A stretch of DNA of 64,000 nt from Pseudomonadota bacterium (GCA_043821645.1 JBDRCO010000072.1:32001-96000); one strand, 5' to 3'; counted from the first letter of the stretch, positions 48,367-57,876 are shown. Notes: a model not told the origin generated them from the letters alone. Numbers and translations: made by a program.

Positions 48367-49686
48367 GTGCGCAAGGTGGTGCTTTACAGCGTCCTGCTGT
48401 TCGTCGGACTGGCGCTGTCCCAGGTCCTGCCGGCGTTGCTGGGCACAGCCCAGGACAGCGTCGCCACGGCGATCCGCGTGCTGACCATGACGGGCCTGGC
48501 CTTCATCATGATCCACGTCGGCTTCGAGTTTCACCTCGACAAGTCGCGGCTCGGCTCCTACGGCTGGGACTACCTGGTGGCCTTCACCGCGGCCTCCTTT
48601 CCCTGGGTGCTGGTGACCGGCTACTTCGTGTTCGTGATGCTGCCGCCCGAGCTGTGGAGCAACTTCGACGCCTGGAAGGAGACCCTCCTGGCCGGCCGCT
48701 TCGCCTCGCCCACCTCGGCGGGGGTGCTGTTCAGCATGCTCGCCGCTGCGGGGCTGGGCGCCACCTGGGTGTTCCGCAAGGCGCGGGTGCTGGCGATCTT
48801 CGACGACCTGGACACCGTGCTGCTGATGATCCCGCTGAAGATGCTCATGGTGGGTCTGGCCTGGCAGCTGGGCCTGATCGTCGTGGTCATGGCTGCCCTG
48901 CTGGCTGTGGCCTACGTCTGGATGCACCGGGTGCGCCTGCCCCTGAGCTGGGGCTGGGTGCTGGGCTATGCCGCGGCGATCGTCGGCATCAGCGAAGTCC
49001 TGTACGCCAGCAGCAAGCTGGTGGACCCGTCGGTGCCCATCCACATCGAGGTGCTGCTGCCCGCCTTCGTGCTCGGCGTCATCGCACGGCCGCGGGAGAC
49101 CGCCCCCGGCGCCGACGCCGCCGGGGTCGAGCACGCGCTGCACGCGCTGCTCGAGCGTCCTGGCGAGCAGCGCGCCACCTCCGTCATCTCGGCCGCCTTC
49201 ATGGTGCTGGTGGGGCTGAGCATGCCTGCCATCCTCGGCGGGCTGGATGGGCAACATCCGCAGCCGGACCCGGCGGTGCTGCACGCCGCGGCCCCCGGCG
49301 CGGTGGTCGACGATCCTGTCCAGCACGGCGGCCCGGCGCCGGGGCAGGCGACCGTGACGGCCAGCCAGCCGAGCCTGGGATGGGGCCTGATCGCCCTGCA
49401 CGTGCTGCTGATCACCCTGCTGAGCAATCTGGGCAAGATGTTCCCCGCCCTGGTCTACCGGCGTGAGGCACACTGGCGCCACCGCCTGGCCGTGGCCGTC
49501 GGCATGTGGCCCCGCGGCGAGGTCGGCGCCGGGGTACTGGTGCTCAGCCTCAGCTACGGCATCGGCGGCCCCGTGGTCACCGTGGCCATGCTCTCGCTGG
49601 CGCTCAACCTGGCGCTCACCGGGGTGTTCATCCTTCTGGTCCGCAAGCTGATCCACGGCGTGCCAGAGGGGCCAGCTGCCGCCTGA
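48367..49686 (+). CDS. Cation/proton antiporter (CPA family)
   Basis: About 12 TM segments. SPTSAGVL, LAIFDDLD, GKM and GMWPRGEVG. GGAGG SD before GTG 48367. Confidence 0.88.
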   Translation: MRKVVLYSVLLFVGLALSQVLPALLGTAQDSVATAIRVLTMTGLAFIMIHVGFEFHLDKSRLGSYGWDYLVAFTAASFPWVLVTGYFVFVMLPPELWSNFDAWKETLLAGRFASPTSAGVLFSMLAAAGLGATWVFRKARVLAIFDDLDTVLLMIPLKMLMVGLAWQLGLIVVVMAALLAVAYVWMHRVRLPLSWGWVLGYAAAIVGISEVLYASSKLVDPSVPIHIEVLLPAFVLGVIARPRETAPGADAAGVEHALHALLERPGEQRATSVISAAFMVLVGLSMPAILGGLDGQHPQPDPAVLHAAAPGAVVDDPVQHGGPAPGQATVTASQPSLGWGLIALHVLLITLLSNLGKMFPALVYRREAHWRHRLAVAVGMWPRGEVGAGVLVLSLSYGIGGPVVTVAMLSLALNLALTGVFILLVRKLIHGVPEGPAAA

Positions 49687-49787
49687 GGCCCGGCTCGGTG
49701 CCGTCCCCTGCGGCGACCTCGACCGGAGACGGTGCCGCCAACCGGACGCAGGTGGCTCGCAGGCCGCCCATTGCATACCCTGAAGGG

Positions 49788-51035
49788 GTGATCGTTCTGT
49801 CTCCAGCCGCCGCCCGGCGCGGCAGGTGCTTCGTCGCCATCCCGCTGTGGCTTGTCGTGGCCTGCCCGGCCGTCCTACCTGGCGCGGATGCGGGCTCACC
49901 GCACCGCGACACGGGCCATGCAGACAGCGGCACGGTGGAGCTTGGATGGGTGGATGTGGCCTCGGGCGTCGACGCCACGACGGAGGAGGATGCGGGACGA
50001 CGCCACGACGCTGCTGTCGGACTCGACAGCGGCACGCCGCCAGACGGCCCTGCGGACGCGGGCCACGGCGACAGCAGCGATGGCGCGACCGCCGGGGATA
50101 TGGAGACGCTCCAGGACGCGTACATCGTCGAGGATGCCGGCCTGGACACTGACGCAGACCCGGGGCCCGATGCCGCAGAGCCGCCCGACGCCGGCTCTAC
50201 CGACGCCCTGATCCTGACCGCGGTCACCCTCAACACCCACAGCTTTCAGGAAGGTCCGGACTCCCTGGCCAAGCTGCAGCAGATCGGCCAGGGCCTGGCG
50301 GCCCTGCAGGCAGACGTGGTGGGCCTCAACGAGGTGATGAGCGGCGAGTTCTGGTCCTACGACTACGGCGGTGCCAGCTACGACGGCACCGCGCTGATCC
50401 AGCAGGAGCTCGAGGACGCCAGCGGCGTGACCTGGTACCACGCTGCGGTCGGCTTCGCTCACTGGAGTAGCGGCGAGCTGATGTCCAACGTGGTGCTGTC
50501 GCGCTATCCCCTTGTCGAGGTCGACAGCCGCGCGTTGACCACCACGGATTTCTGGCCGGCACCCGACGAGCAGCGCAACGCGGTTTACGTGCGCATCGAG
50601 CTGCCCGCGCGCGGTCCGCTCAATCTTTTCGTGACGCACGCCTGGGGCTGGGACTCGGTGGATACCCTGACCCAGATCGCCGAGGTCAAGACCTTCATGG
50701 CCAGCAAGGCCAGGGGCGATGAGGTCCTCGAGCTGCTGCTGGGGGATCTCAACATGCCCTCGACTTATGCAGGCTACGACGCATGGCTCGACGCGCCCCC
50801 CTTTGTGCTCGTCGACACCTCTGCCGTGGCCAACCCGTCCGGTATGGCCGACGCCACGACCGCGGATGAGATGTACCGCATCGACTACGTCCTGGCCCGC
50901 GAGGGTGCTGTGACGAACCAGCAACCGATGCGCCTGCAGTCGTTTCGGTCCTTTGATGGCCTCGAACACCTGGGTCTCACCCTGCCGCAGGTGTCGGACC
51001 ACTACGGCGTGGTCACGGTGTTCGCGCTGGAGTGA
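49788..51035 (+). CDS. Endonuclease/exonuclease/phosphatase (EEP) domain protein, probable lipoprotein
   Basis: TLNTH, GLNEV, LLGDLN, RIDYV and SDHYGV. Lipobox-like LVVAC followed by a DAG-rich linker. Start uncertain. Confidence 0.82.
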   Translation: MIVLSPAAARRGRCFVAIPLWLVVACPAVLPGADAGSPHRDTGHADSGTVELGWVDVASGVDATTEEDAGRRHDAAVGLDSGTPPDGPADAGHGDSSDGATAGDMETLQDAYIVEDAGLDTDADPGPDAAEPPDAGSTDALILTAVTLNTHSFQEGPDSLAKLQQIGQGLAALQADVVGLNEVMSGEFWSYDYGGASYDGTALIQQELEDASGVTWYHAAVGFAHWSSGELMSNVVLSRYPLVEVDSRALTTTDFWPAPDEQRNAVYVRIELPARGPLNLFVTHAWGWDSVDTLTQIAEVKTFMASKARGDEVLELLLGDLNMPSTYAGYDAWLDAPPFVLVDTSAVANPSGMADATTADEMYRIDYVLAREGAVTNQQPMRLQSFRSFDGLEHLGLTLPQVSDHYGVVTVFALE

Positions 51036-51101
51036 ATCGCCGCGGGGCCCGGTGGCGCACTGGCCGAGGTGAACACGGCAGTCCTGGCTGGACCGCGTCG
51101 T

Positions 51102-52391
51102 TCAACGCGGGGGTTCCACCACCGAGAAGTCCTGCGGATCGAAGCCTGCGGGCCGTGTGGCGTCGATGACCCACTTGCTGGTGGTCTCGGTGCGCGGGTC
51201 GCGCGAGGGATCCAGCGACGAGCCGTGGGCGCCGCCGACGATGACCAGGTCGCGGTCGGGTTGCACCCGCGTGGCGATGGCCCACTCCACGGCCACGGGG
51301 TCGTGAATGTCGACATCGCCGTCGACGACGACCACGCGCTTGAGCGACGGATGTGCGGCGAGGGCGGCCAGGCCGGCGTTCTTGCCCTGACCCGCGGCGC
51401 GCTGGTCGATGGACACCACGGCGTGCAGCCAGCCGCACCCGCCCTCGCTGAGCACCACGTCGCGCAGGCCGGCGACGGTGTTCTGCACGATGCGGAAGAT
51501 GCGCGGCTCCTGGGGCACACCCATCAGGATGCGATGCTCGGAGCCTCCGGGCAGGATCACCTGGTAGATGTAATCATCGCGGTGATACAGCCGTTGCACC
51601 TCGAGCACGGGCTGCTGGCGGATGCCGTCGTAGGTGCCGGTGAGGTCGACAAAGGGTCCCTCGTCGGCGAGCTCGCCCGTGAAGCGCGCCTTCCACACCA
51701 TCTCGGCGCCCGCGGGCACCTGCAGTCCGTCGAGGTCGAAGACGTCCAGGGGCTGGCCGAGCAGCGAGGCGGCACAGGCCATCTCGTCGAAGTCGGGGCC
51801 AAAGCTGATGGCCGCAGCGAGCCCGACCGCCGGGTGCAGGCCCACCACCACCGCGACCTCGGCCTGGCCACCTCCCAGCTCCAGGATCTGGTGCAGGTGG
51901 CGGGGCACGATGCGCACGGCAAAGCGGTTTCCGCCCAGGTACATCATGCGGTGATACGACAGGTTCATGCCGAAGGCCGGGTGGCGGGCGCAGATCACGC
52001 AGGCCGAGGCGTACACCCGCTCGCTGCGCGGGTAGAAGCGCATCAAGGGAACCAGGCTGTCGAGCTGCGGCGTGGCATGCTGGTTGGCGAGAAAGGGGGC
52101 GTCGGTGACGACGCGTAGCTCGCCGGGCGTCGAGATCGCGTCGGCCACATGGCGTACCAGCCCTTCGACGCTGCAGTCCAGGGCCCTGGCCAGCAAGGGA
52201 CGGGTGGCTGCGATGTTGGCGAGCACAGGGGTACGATGGCCCTCGAGGTTCTCGAGCAGCACCGCGCGCGATCCGGCGTCGAAGATGCGGCGCGCGGCCT
52301 GGTAGTTCGTGCTCAGGGGCTCCCGCACGCGATCGAGCCAGCCCAGGCTGTCGGCCTGCTGCACGAAGAAGCGAAGATCTGGACTGCTCAT
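51102..52391 (-). CDS. UbiD-family prFMN-dependent decarboxylase, archaeal type (candidate anhydromevalonate phosphate decarboxylase)
   Basis: NLSYHRM, EGPFVDLTGTYD, LPGGSEH, GGCGWLHAVVSI, GKNAGLAALAAHPSLK, VEWAIATR and GSSLDPS. 429 aa. GAGGA SD before ATG 52391. Confidence 0.88.
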   Translation of the reverse strand: MSSPDLRFFVQQADSLGWLDRVREPLSTNYQAARRIFDAGSRAVLLENLEGHRTPVLANIAATRPLLARALDCSVEGLVRHVADAISTPGELRVVTDAPFLANQHATPQLDSLVPLMRFYPRSERVYASACVICARHPAFGMNLSYHRMMYLGGNRFAVRIVPRHLHQILELGGGQAEVAVVVGLHPAVGLAAAISFGPDFDEMACAASLLGQPLDVFDLDGLQVPAGAEMVWKARFTGELADEGPFVDLTGTYDGIRQQPVLEVQRLYHRDDYIYQVILPGGSEHRILMGVPQEPRIFRIVQNTVAGLRDVVLSEGGCGWLHAVVSIDQRAAGQGKNAGLAALAAHPSLKRVVVVDGDVDIHDPVAVEWAIATRVQPDRDLVIVGGAHGSSLDPSRDPRTETTSKWVIDATRPAGFDPQDFSVVEPPR

Positions 52392-52443
52392 CGCCACATC
52401 CTCATGGTCGGGAACAGGGACGTGCGAGCTCGTGGCCTGGCCC

Positions 52444-53979
52444 TCAGAACTCGACGCGCCGCACCTCCCAGCTGCCTGCAGTGACACGCATGGGCGAGAC
52501 CCAGCGCGACTTGTTGCCGTGCGCGATCTCGATCTCGTACACCTCCGGAGCCAGCTCCGCAGCCTCCCCTCCTCGCACGGTGACCGAAGGCGCCTTCGAA
52601 CTCTTCTTGTAAAACCGAACCTCCGCGTCGACGCGGCTGCCGCGGTCGAAGGTGTCCAGGGTCAGGGTCCCGCGCTCGATGTTGACCAGGCGACGGGTCT
52701 CGCTCCCGCTCTCGATGACGACGTCCTTCAGTTGCTCGAGGTCGCCGCCGCGACCATTTGGATAGAGCACATCGATATCGTAGCGCCCCGCCGCGATGGT
52801 CATGGGCTCGCCCGCCGCCCCTCCCGTGAGCTTCTGTCGCGGCGAGCTGGTCCACACGGTCAACGCCGCCACCTCGGGTTTGCCGTTCTTGGTGGCGTCG
52901 ACGCGCAGCACGCCCGGCGTGAAGTTCAGGTGCAGCCGCTCGTTGCGGCCGACGCGGATCGTGACGGTGCGCTCCATGCCCAGCTCGCGGGGTCGTGCCG
53001 CGTCGTAGGACACGCTGTCGTCGAGGACCGCGCGCAATCGGTAGCGACCGGGCGAAAGATCCACATCCTGGTTCGCAGCGGTGAAGTTGAAATAATCAGT
53101 CGCCGCCGGCAGGTAGAGGTAGACGCGGCTGGGCACGGTCTCGCCGTAGAGCCGGGTGTCGACGTGCAGGGTGCCCATGGTGAAGGCCACGCGCTCGCGC
53201 CGGGCCTTGCCAGGAAGCACCTCGACCTTGCGCAGGCGCTTGCCCTCGAAGTCGTACGAGCTCTCCAGCGACACCACCAGGTCGTAGGCGCCCGGCGGCA
53301 CCAGTGCCTCGTGCCCGGTGGCAAACTCCGTCAGTCGCTCGGTGCTCCCCGGAGGGAACAGGGTCACCAGCCCCGCCGCGGCCTTGCCATTGCGCAGGGC
53401 ATTGACGACCAGCGTGCCGTCGGAGAGATCCAGCGTGAGCCGGGCCGTGCGCCCCGCGGCCACCTGCACCGCGCGGGTCACCTGGCACGGCAAGGCCCCC
53501 TCCTGCTCGAAGCGCACCCGTACCTGGTAGCGTCCTGCCGGAACGCGCAGTTCATTGCCACTGCGGCCCTGGGCCACCACGATCTCGAGGCGCGGCTCCA
53601 GCACCTCCACCTCGGCGGTAACACGGCCGCCATCGCGCAGGGTCTGCACCACCACGTTGCCCCGGCGCAAGGACAGACGCTGGTGAGTGGTCGCCCCGGA
53701 ACGCACCACCACATTGTCGACGACGCTGACCACGCCACCCTCGGCGTCACGGCACTCCACCCGCACCTGGTAACGACCCGCGGCGAGACGCAGGGGCTCC
53801 CCCAGCGAGCCGTCGAGGGCGAGCTCCCGGGGCCTCTCCTTGGCGTAGGCAAAACCCCGGCAGCGCTCGGTGTGCTCCTGGCCATCGACCAGGACCTGGA
53901 ACTGGATCAGTCCTGGCACCTCGTACTGCGCCGGGGCGACGACGAGCAGAGCACCCCACAGCGTCGCCACCACCGCCAT
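52444..53979 (-). CDS. Secreted protein of about six tandem ~80-aa beta-sandwich (PEGA/carboxypeptidase-regulatory-like) repeats
   Basis: Signal-like N-terminus. Repeated G(T/V)L.V.....G and (L/V).(P/A)G.Y motifs. TGATG coupling to the upstream TPR gene. Confidence 0.75.
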   Translation of the reverse strand: MAVVATLWGALLVVAPAQYEVPGLIQFQVLVDGQEHTERCRGFAYAKERPRELALDGSLGEPLRLAAGRYQVRVECRDAEGGVVSVVDNVVVRSGATTHQRLSLRRGNVVVQTLRDGGRVTAEVEVLEPRLEIVVAQGRSGNELRVPAGRYQVRVRFEQEGALPCQVTRAVQVAAGRTARLTLDLSDGTLVVNALRNGKAAAGLVTLFPPGSTERLTEFATGHEALVPPGAYDLVVSLESSYDFEGKRLRKVEVLPGKARRERVAFTMGTLHVDTRLYGETVPSRVYLYLPAATDYFNFTAANQDVDLSPGRYRLRAVLDDSVSYDAARPRELGMERTVTIRVGRNERLHLNFTPGVLRVDATKNGKPEVAALTVWTSSPRQKLTGGAAGEPMTIAAGRYDIDVLYPNGRGGDLEQLKDVVIESGSETRRLVNIERGTLTLDTFDRGSRVDAEVRFYKKSSKAPSVTVRGGEAAELAPEVYEIEIAHGNKSRWVSPMRVTAGSWEVRRVEF

Positions 53980-55109
53980 CAGCGCCCCCGGGACCGCGGA
54001 CCCTTGCGCGGGGCGGGTGCCGGCGTGGCCGGTGCGTCGAGCTGTTGCAGGGCGGCCTGATCGCCCTGGGCCGTGAGCACCTCGCGCAACAGACTCCGGG
54101 CCCCGGCGTGATCCGCACGCCGCTCCAGGGCCTGTTCGAGCAGGCTCCGCGCCTGACCCAGATCCTTCTTGCCGACGGCGATGCGCGCCAGCTCGACGTA
54201 GCCATCGGCGAAGCTCGGGTCCTCGGTCACGCTTGCGCGCAGGATTCGCTCGCTCTCCTCGACGGAGCGGCCACCCACGCGGCGCAGCGACGCCGCCAGG
54301 GCCAGACGTGCCCGCTGATGGTCTGGTGCGCGCCGCAGCACGTCCCGGTAGCAGGCAATGGCGCCGGTCAGATCGTCCTTCTTCGCCAGCAACAGTCCCT
54401 TGTGAAAACGTGCACGCACCTTGGCGGGATCGAGATCCAGAGCGCGATCGTAACTATCCAGCGCCTTCTTGGGCAGCCCGTTGCCCGCGTAGGCATCCCC
54501 CAGGTGCGTGAACAGATCGGGGTTACCGCTACCATACGCCAGGGCGTCGGTGAGGGAGGTGACCGCGTCGTTGTACAGACCGGCGCGGAGCTGCGCATAG
54601 CCCAGGTCACCCATGAGGTCCGCGTCTTCGGGACGCGTGCGCCGGGCAGCCTTCAGGTGCGTGACGGCGGACTCCACCTCGCCCACCATCAGCTCGGTGA
54701 GGCCCAGCTCGTGGAGCAAGGGCCCGTCGCCGGGAACCGCGGCGATGCCCCGCCGGTAGACCTCGAGAGCCTTGGCTGGCTGCTCTGCCAGATCGTAGGA
54801 CATGCCGAGCACCAGGTAGGCTTTGGCCAGCTTCGGATCCAGGGCCAGAGCCTGGTCCAGGTGCTGGATGGTGAGGTCGGACTTGTCGAGCTGGGCGTAG
54901 GAGATGCCGAGGCCAAGATGCGCTCGCGCTTGCTGCTCGGGGGGCACACCCTTGAGCTTGAGGACGCGCTGCAGCACAGGGATGGCCTTGCTGGCCGCGC
55001 CGCTCTCGGCGTAGGTTGTGCCTGCGCGCAGCAGCTCCTCGGCAGTGAGCGCCCGGACCGTGTTCGGCAACAAGCACAGGACAGCCGCGATCAGGAGGAC
55101 AGGTCGCAT
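53979..55109 (-). CDS. Exported tetratricopeptide-repeat protein
   Basis: Signal peptide MRPVLLIAAVLCLLPNTVRA. Multiple TPRs (LG..Y...A...ALALDP). Confidence 0.88.
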   Translation of the reverse strand: MRPVLLIAAVLCLLPNTVRALTAEELLRAGTTYAESGAASKAIPVLQRVLKLKGVPPEQQARAHLGLGISYAQLDKSDLTIQHLDQALALDPKLAKAYLVLGMSYDLAEQPAKALEVYRRGIAAVPGDGPLLHELGLTELMVGEVESAVTHLKAARRTRPEDADLMGDLGYAQLRAGLYNDAVTSLTDALAYGSGNPDLFTHLGDAYAGNGLPKKALDSYDRALDLDPAKVRARFHKGLLLAKKDDLTGAIACYRDVLRRAPDHQRARLALAASLRRVGGRSVEESERILRASVTEDPSFADGYVELARIAVGKKDLGQARSLLEQALERRADHAGARSLLREVLTAQGDQAALQQLDAPATPAPAPRKGPRSRGR

Positions 55110-55764
55110 GCGCCCTCTATACCGCACTTGGGCACGGTGGGCGATGCACGGTGTGTGGGCCTTGCTGCTGATGTCACTGCCGACCCGGAGCGCCGCCCAT
55201 AACCTGGCCAGCATCGACGCGCGGCTGGAGCTGCGAGGGGCTCGTGCCGACCTCCTGATGCGCCTGGACCTGCGCGATCTGCGACATCTGGTCGAGGTGG
55301 ATGCGGACGCCGATGGTCGTCTGACCCCTGCCGAGGTACTGGCCACCCGCGACGCCGTCGCCGAGCTCCTGGCCCAGTCCCTGCGCCTGGTGGCCGAGCC
55401 AGACACCACGTCCTGTCCGGTGCACCTGGCCGGCTTCAAGCTCGCCGATTTCTCCACCGTCGACGTGCACCTGCGCTTCTCGTGCAGCCATGCGATCGGC
55501 GGCGCGACCCTGCACAGTGGCCTGTTCGGGGGCACCGGCCATCGCTACCAGCTGCACCTCGTGGTGACGCGCGGCGACTGGTCCGAGACGCTGCAACTGG
55601 ATGACGCCCACAACCGCGCCGTGCTGTCGGCGCCGCCTGCTGCGCACGCAGTGGCGTGGTGGCTTGGGCTCTGCTCCCTGGCCGTGGCGGTGGCGGCTGG
55701 ACTGTTGCTGTGGGTACGCAGGGATCGCAAGGCAAACGGCCCGCCTGCCTCCCCGCGGGGCTGA
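55108..55764 (+). CDS. Exported protein with a C-terminal TM anchor (resembles the periplasmic N-domain of HupE/UreJ-type proteins)
   Basis: Signal peptide ending SAA|H, DADADG loop, a Cys pair, then a TM helix and RRDRK. Start at 55108 (AGGAGG upstream) or 55144. Confidence 0.65.
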   Translation: MRPLYRTWARWAMHGVWALLLMSLPTRSAAHNLASIDARLELRGARADLLMRLDLRDLRHLVEVDADADGRLTPAEVLATRDAVAELLAQSLRLVAEPDTTSCPVHLAGFKLADFSTVDVHLRFSCSHAIGGATLHSGLFGGTGHRYQLHLVVTRGDWSETLQLDDAHNRAVLSAPPAAHAVAWWLGLCSLAVAVAAGLLLWVRRDRKANGPPASPRG

Positions 55765-55774
55765 CCTTCAGGGA

Positions 55775-56422
55775 TCAGGGGGCCGCGACCGGGCTCTCCG
55801 TCGACGGGCCTGGGGCTGCGACCGGCATCTCGAGCATCTCGACCATTTCCAGGGCGTCCTCTTCCATCTCGAGGACCAAGCCATCGACGCGACTCAACAC
55901 GTAGCGATAGGCCACCAGCGCCGGGATCGCCACGATGAGGCCGTAGGCCGTGGTGAGCAGAGCCTCCCAGATGCCGGAGGCGAGATCGGCGGGGTTGCCG
56001 ACGCCTTGCTTGGTGACGTCCTGGAACACGCGGATCATGCCGGTGACCGTTCCCAGCAGGCCCAGCAGTGGCGCGATCGCGGCGACGATGCCGATGACGC
56101 CGACGAAGCGCTCCAGGTTCGCCGCCTCGTGGCGTCCAACCTCCTGCACCGCCTCCTTGATCTCGGCGCGCACGCGACCCCGGCGCTTGAGACCCGCCGC
56201 CAGCACCGCCGCCACCGAGGAGCTGTGATTCTGGCACAGGACGAGGGCATCACCGGTCTTGCCGCTGCCCACCAGGTCGTGGATCTTGCGCACGAAGCTC
56301 GCAGGCACCACGCGCCCGCGCTGCAGGCTCCACAGCCGCTCGAGGAGGACCGCCAGGGCGATCACCGAGCAGGCCGCGATGATGTACATGAGCACGCCAC
56401 CGCGCTGGAAGAGGTCGAGCAT
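55775..56422 (-). CDS. MotA/TolQ/ExbB proton channel protein
   Basis: GG.LMY.I, ER, APLLGLLGTVTGMI..F and GI.EALLTTA.GL.VAIP. AAGGAG SD. Confidence 0.93.
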   Translation of the reverse strand: MLDLFQRGGVLMYIIAACSVIALAVLLERLWSLQRGRVVPASFVRKIHDLVGSGKTGDALVLCQNHSSSVAAVLAAGLKRRGRVRAEIKEAVQEVGRHEAANLERFVGVIGIVAAIAPLLGLLGTVTGMIRVFQDVTKQGVGNPADLASGIWEALLTTAYGLIVAIPALVAYRYVLSRVDGLVLEMEEDALEMVEMLEMPVAAPGPSTESPVAAP

Positions 56423-56587
56423 GTTGCGCTCCTTGATCCCCGCACAGGTCTGGCCGCGGCTCCACGCCGCGCTGCGGGGCGAATGTACCCGGTCCACCTG
56501 CCCTGTGCCAGCGGGCTCTGATTTTCCCGCCGGAGTCCGCCGTGGCTGGCGGCCCTGAGAACAGCGCAGCAATGGCCTGACACCGAT

Positions 56588-57115
56588 CTACCTGTCGGGC
56601 GTTGTATCCAGGGCTCCGCCGATGGCCCGGGCAAGGTCCTCGTAGGCCTGCACGCCCTCGCGATCCCACACCACCCTCCGCGCAGCGTCGACAACGATCA
56701 CGCGCGGGACACGCACGACCGGCCCCAGAGGGGAGCTGCCGGCGGCAAGACCGGGGCCGGCGCGCAGTACCGGAAAGGGGGATCCGAGCGCGTCGGCAAA
56801 GATGCGCACCACGCGCCCGTTGTCCGGGTCCATGGCCACCAGCACGATCTGCAGTCCTCGGCCTGCGAATTGCTCGTCGAGTGCCCGCAACTTGTTCTGG
56901 TCGGCCAGGCAGGCATCACAGCCCGTGGTGAGGAGGTACAGCACCAGCACACGCCCTGGCAGCTGCGCCGCGCTCGTCTCCCTGCCCTCCAGGGTCCACA
57001 GGCTCAGCTCCGCCACACGCGGCCCGCGGCTCGTGGTGGCGCACGCACTTGCCAGGAGGAACAGCACGACCAGCGCCTGCGCCATGCAGGACATGAGGCG
57101 AGGCCACGCCTGCAT
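56588..57115 (-). CDS. TlpA/redoxin-like thioredoxin-fold lipoprotein
   Basis: Lipobox LASAC, CDAC (CxxC), cis-Pro motif VP and IVVD. Start uncertain (57085-57136). Confidence 0.75.
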   Translation of the reverse strand: MQAWPRLMSCMAQALVVLFLLASACATTSRGPRVAELSLWTLEGRETSAAQLPGRVLVLYLLTTGCDACLADQNKLRALDEQFAGRGLQIVLVAMDPDNGRVVRIFADALGSPFPVLRAGPGLAAGSSPLGPVVRVPRVIVVDAARRVVWDREGVQAYEDLARAIGGALDTTPDR

Positions 57116-57144
57116 CCTGCCTGGCCGCACGACCACCCCCGTCG

Positions 57145-57729
57145 TCAGTAGTAGACCGTGTAGCCCGCCAGCACCGAGACCGCCGGGAAGTAAATGGAGC
57201 CAATGGTAAAGAAGAACTCACCGGCCAGCTCCACGCTCAGGGACATCTCCTCGTGGAAGTACCACTCGAGACCTCCAGCTCCCCGCGCCGCCAGGAACAT
57301 GGCCTGCCCCCCGAGGGCCGGGTTGCCCTGCAATCCCGTCACCGTGTACAGGAACCACAGATAGTGCAGATCGGCTTCGACGTAGGGGCGAATGTCCTCG
57401 TCGAGGAAGTTGTAGCGAATGCCGGAGATGGCGCTGAGGCTGGTCAGCATCTGCGGCTCGTCCGGGGTCGTATCGTGGATGGGCAGCGAGAAGCCGAGCA
57501 TCAGGCGATAGGTCACCCAGAAATTGTATCCGATGGAGTTGGAGCCGCCCACGCCGAGCAGCACCGCGTCACTGGATCCGATGTCGTTGACCCCGAACAG
57601 CTCCAGGGTCAGGTAGCCCACCTGGGGCAGGAAGATCCCATTGTTGCGGAACTGTGCCCGCGCGGCGGTGGGCGCCAGCAGCGCCACCACCAGGACCAGC
57701 GCACCCCATCCTGCTCGACTCCCACTCAT
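57145..57729 (-). CDS. Small outer-membrane beta-barrel protein
   Basis: Signal peptide ending ARA. G.RYNFL....RPY and GGLEWYF. Ends AGYTVYY. GAGGT SD. Confidence 0.8.
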   Translation of the reverse strand: MSGSRAGWGALVLVVALLAPTAARAQFRNNGIFLPQVGYLTLELFGVNDIGSSDAVLLGVGGSNSIGYNFWVTYRLMLGFSLPIHDTTPDEPQMLTSLSAISGIRYNFLDEDIRPYVEADLHYLWFLYTVTGLQGNPALGGQAMFLAARGAGGLEWYFHEEMSLSVELAGEFFFTIGSIYFPAVSVLAGYTVYY

Positions 57730-57876
57730 GGACCCACCTCGTCGCCTGCTGGAGCCTCAGGCTGCACCCGTTTGGGTATCTCTTTTTGCCAGCGCTGTCG
57801 ACCCGCTTGCCCAGGGCACCTGCACCCCGTATTCTCGGTCCGGTGGCGTGCTGGGTTGCGCCCTTGATCGGGGAGT

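Noticed and set aside
51102-52391. UbiD/UbiX as ordinary ubiquinone biosynthesis genes
   Set aside because: There are no other ubi or mqn genes nearby, the protein is short with archaeal-type motifs, and ubiX is coupled to ipk. This is not fully excluded without a phylogeny.
56425-56585. Cobalamin-riboswitch-like fragments (GGGAA, CCCCGCA, CCAGACCTG on the minus strand) upstream of the exbB-like gene
   Set aside because: The GCCACTG/GGGAAG core is missing, and CCCCGCA simply pairs with a downstream TGCGGGG. An Infernal search would be needed to settle it.
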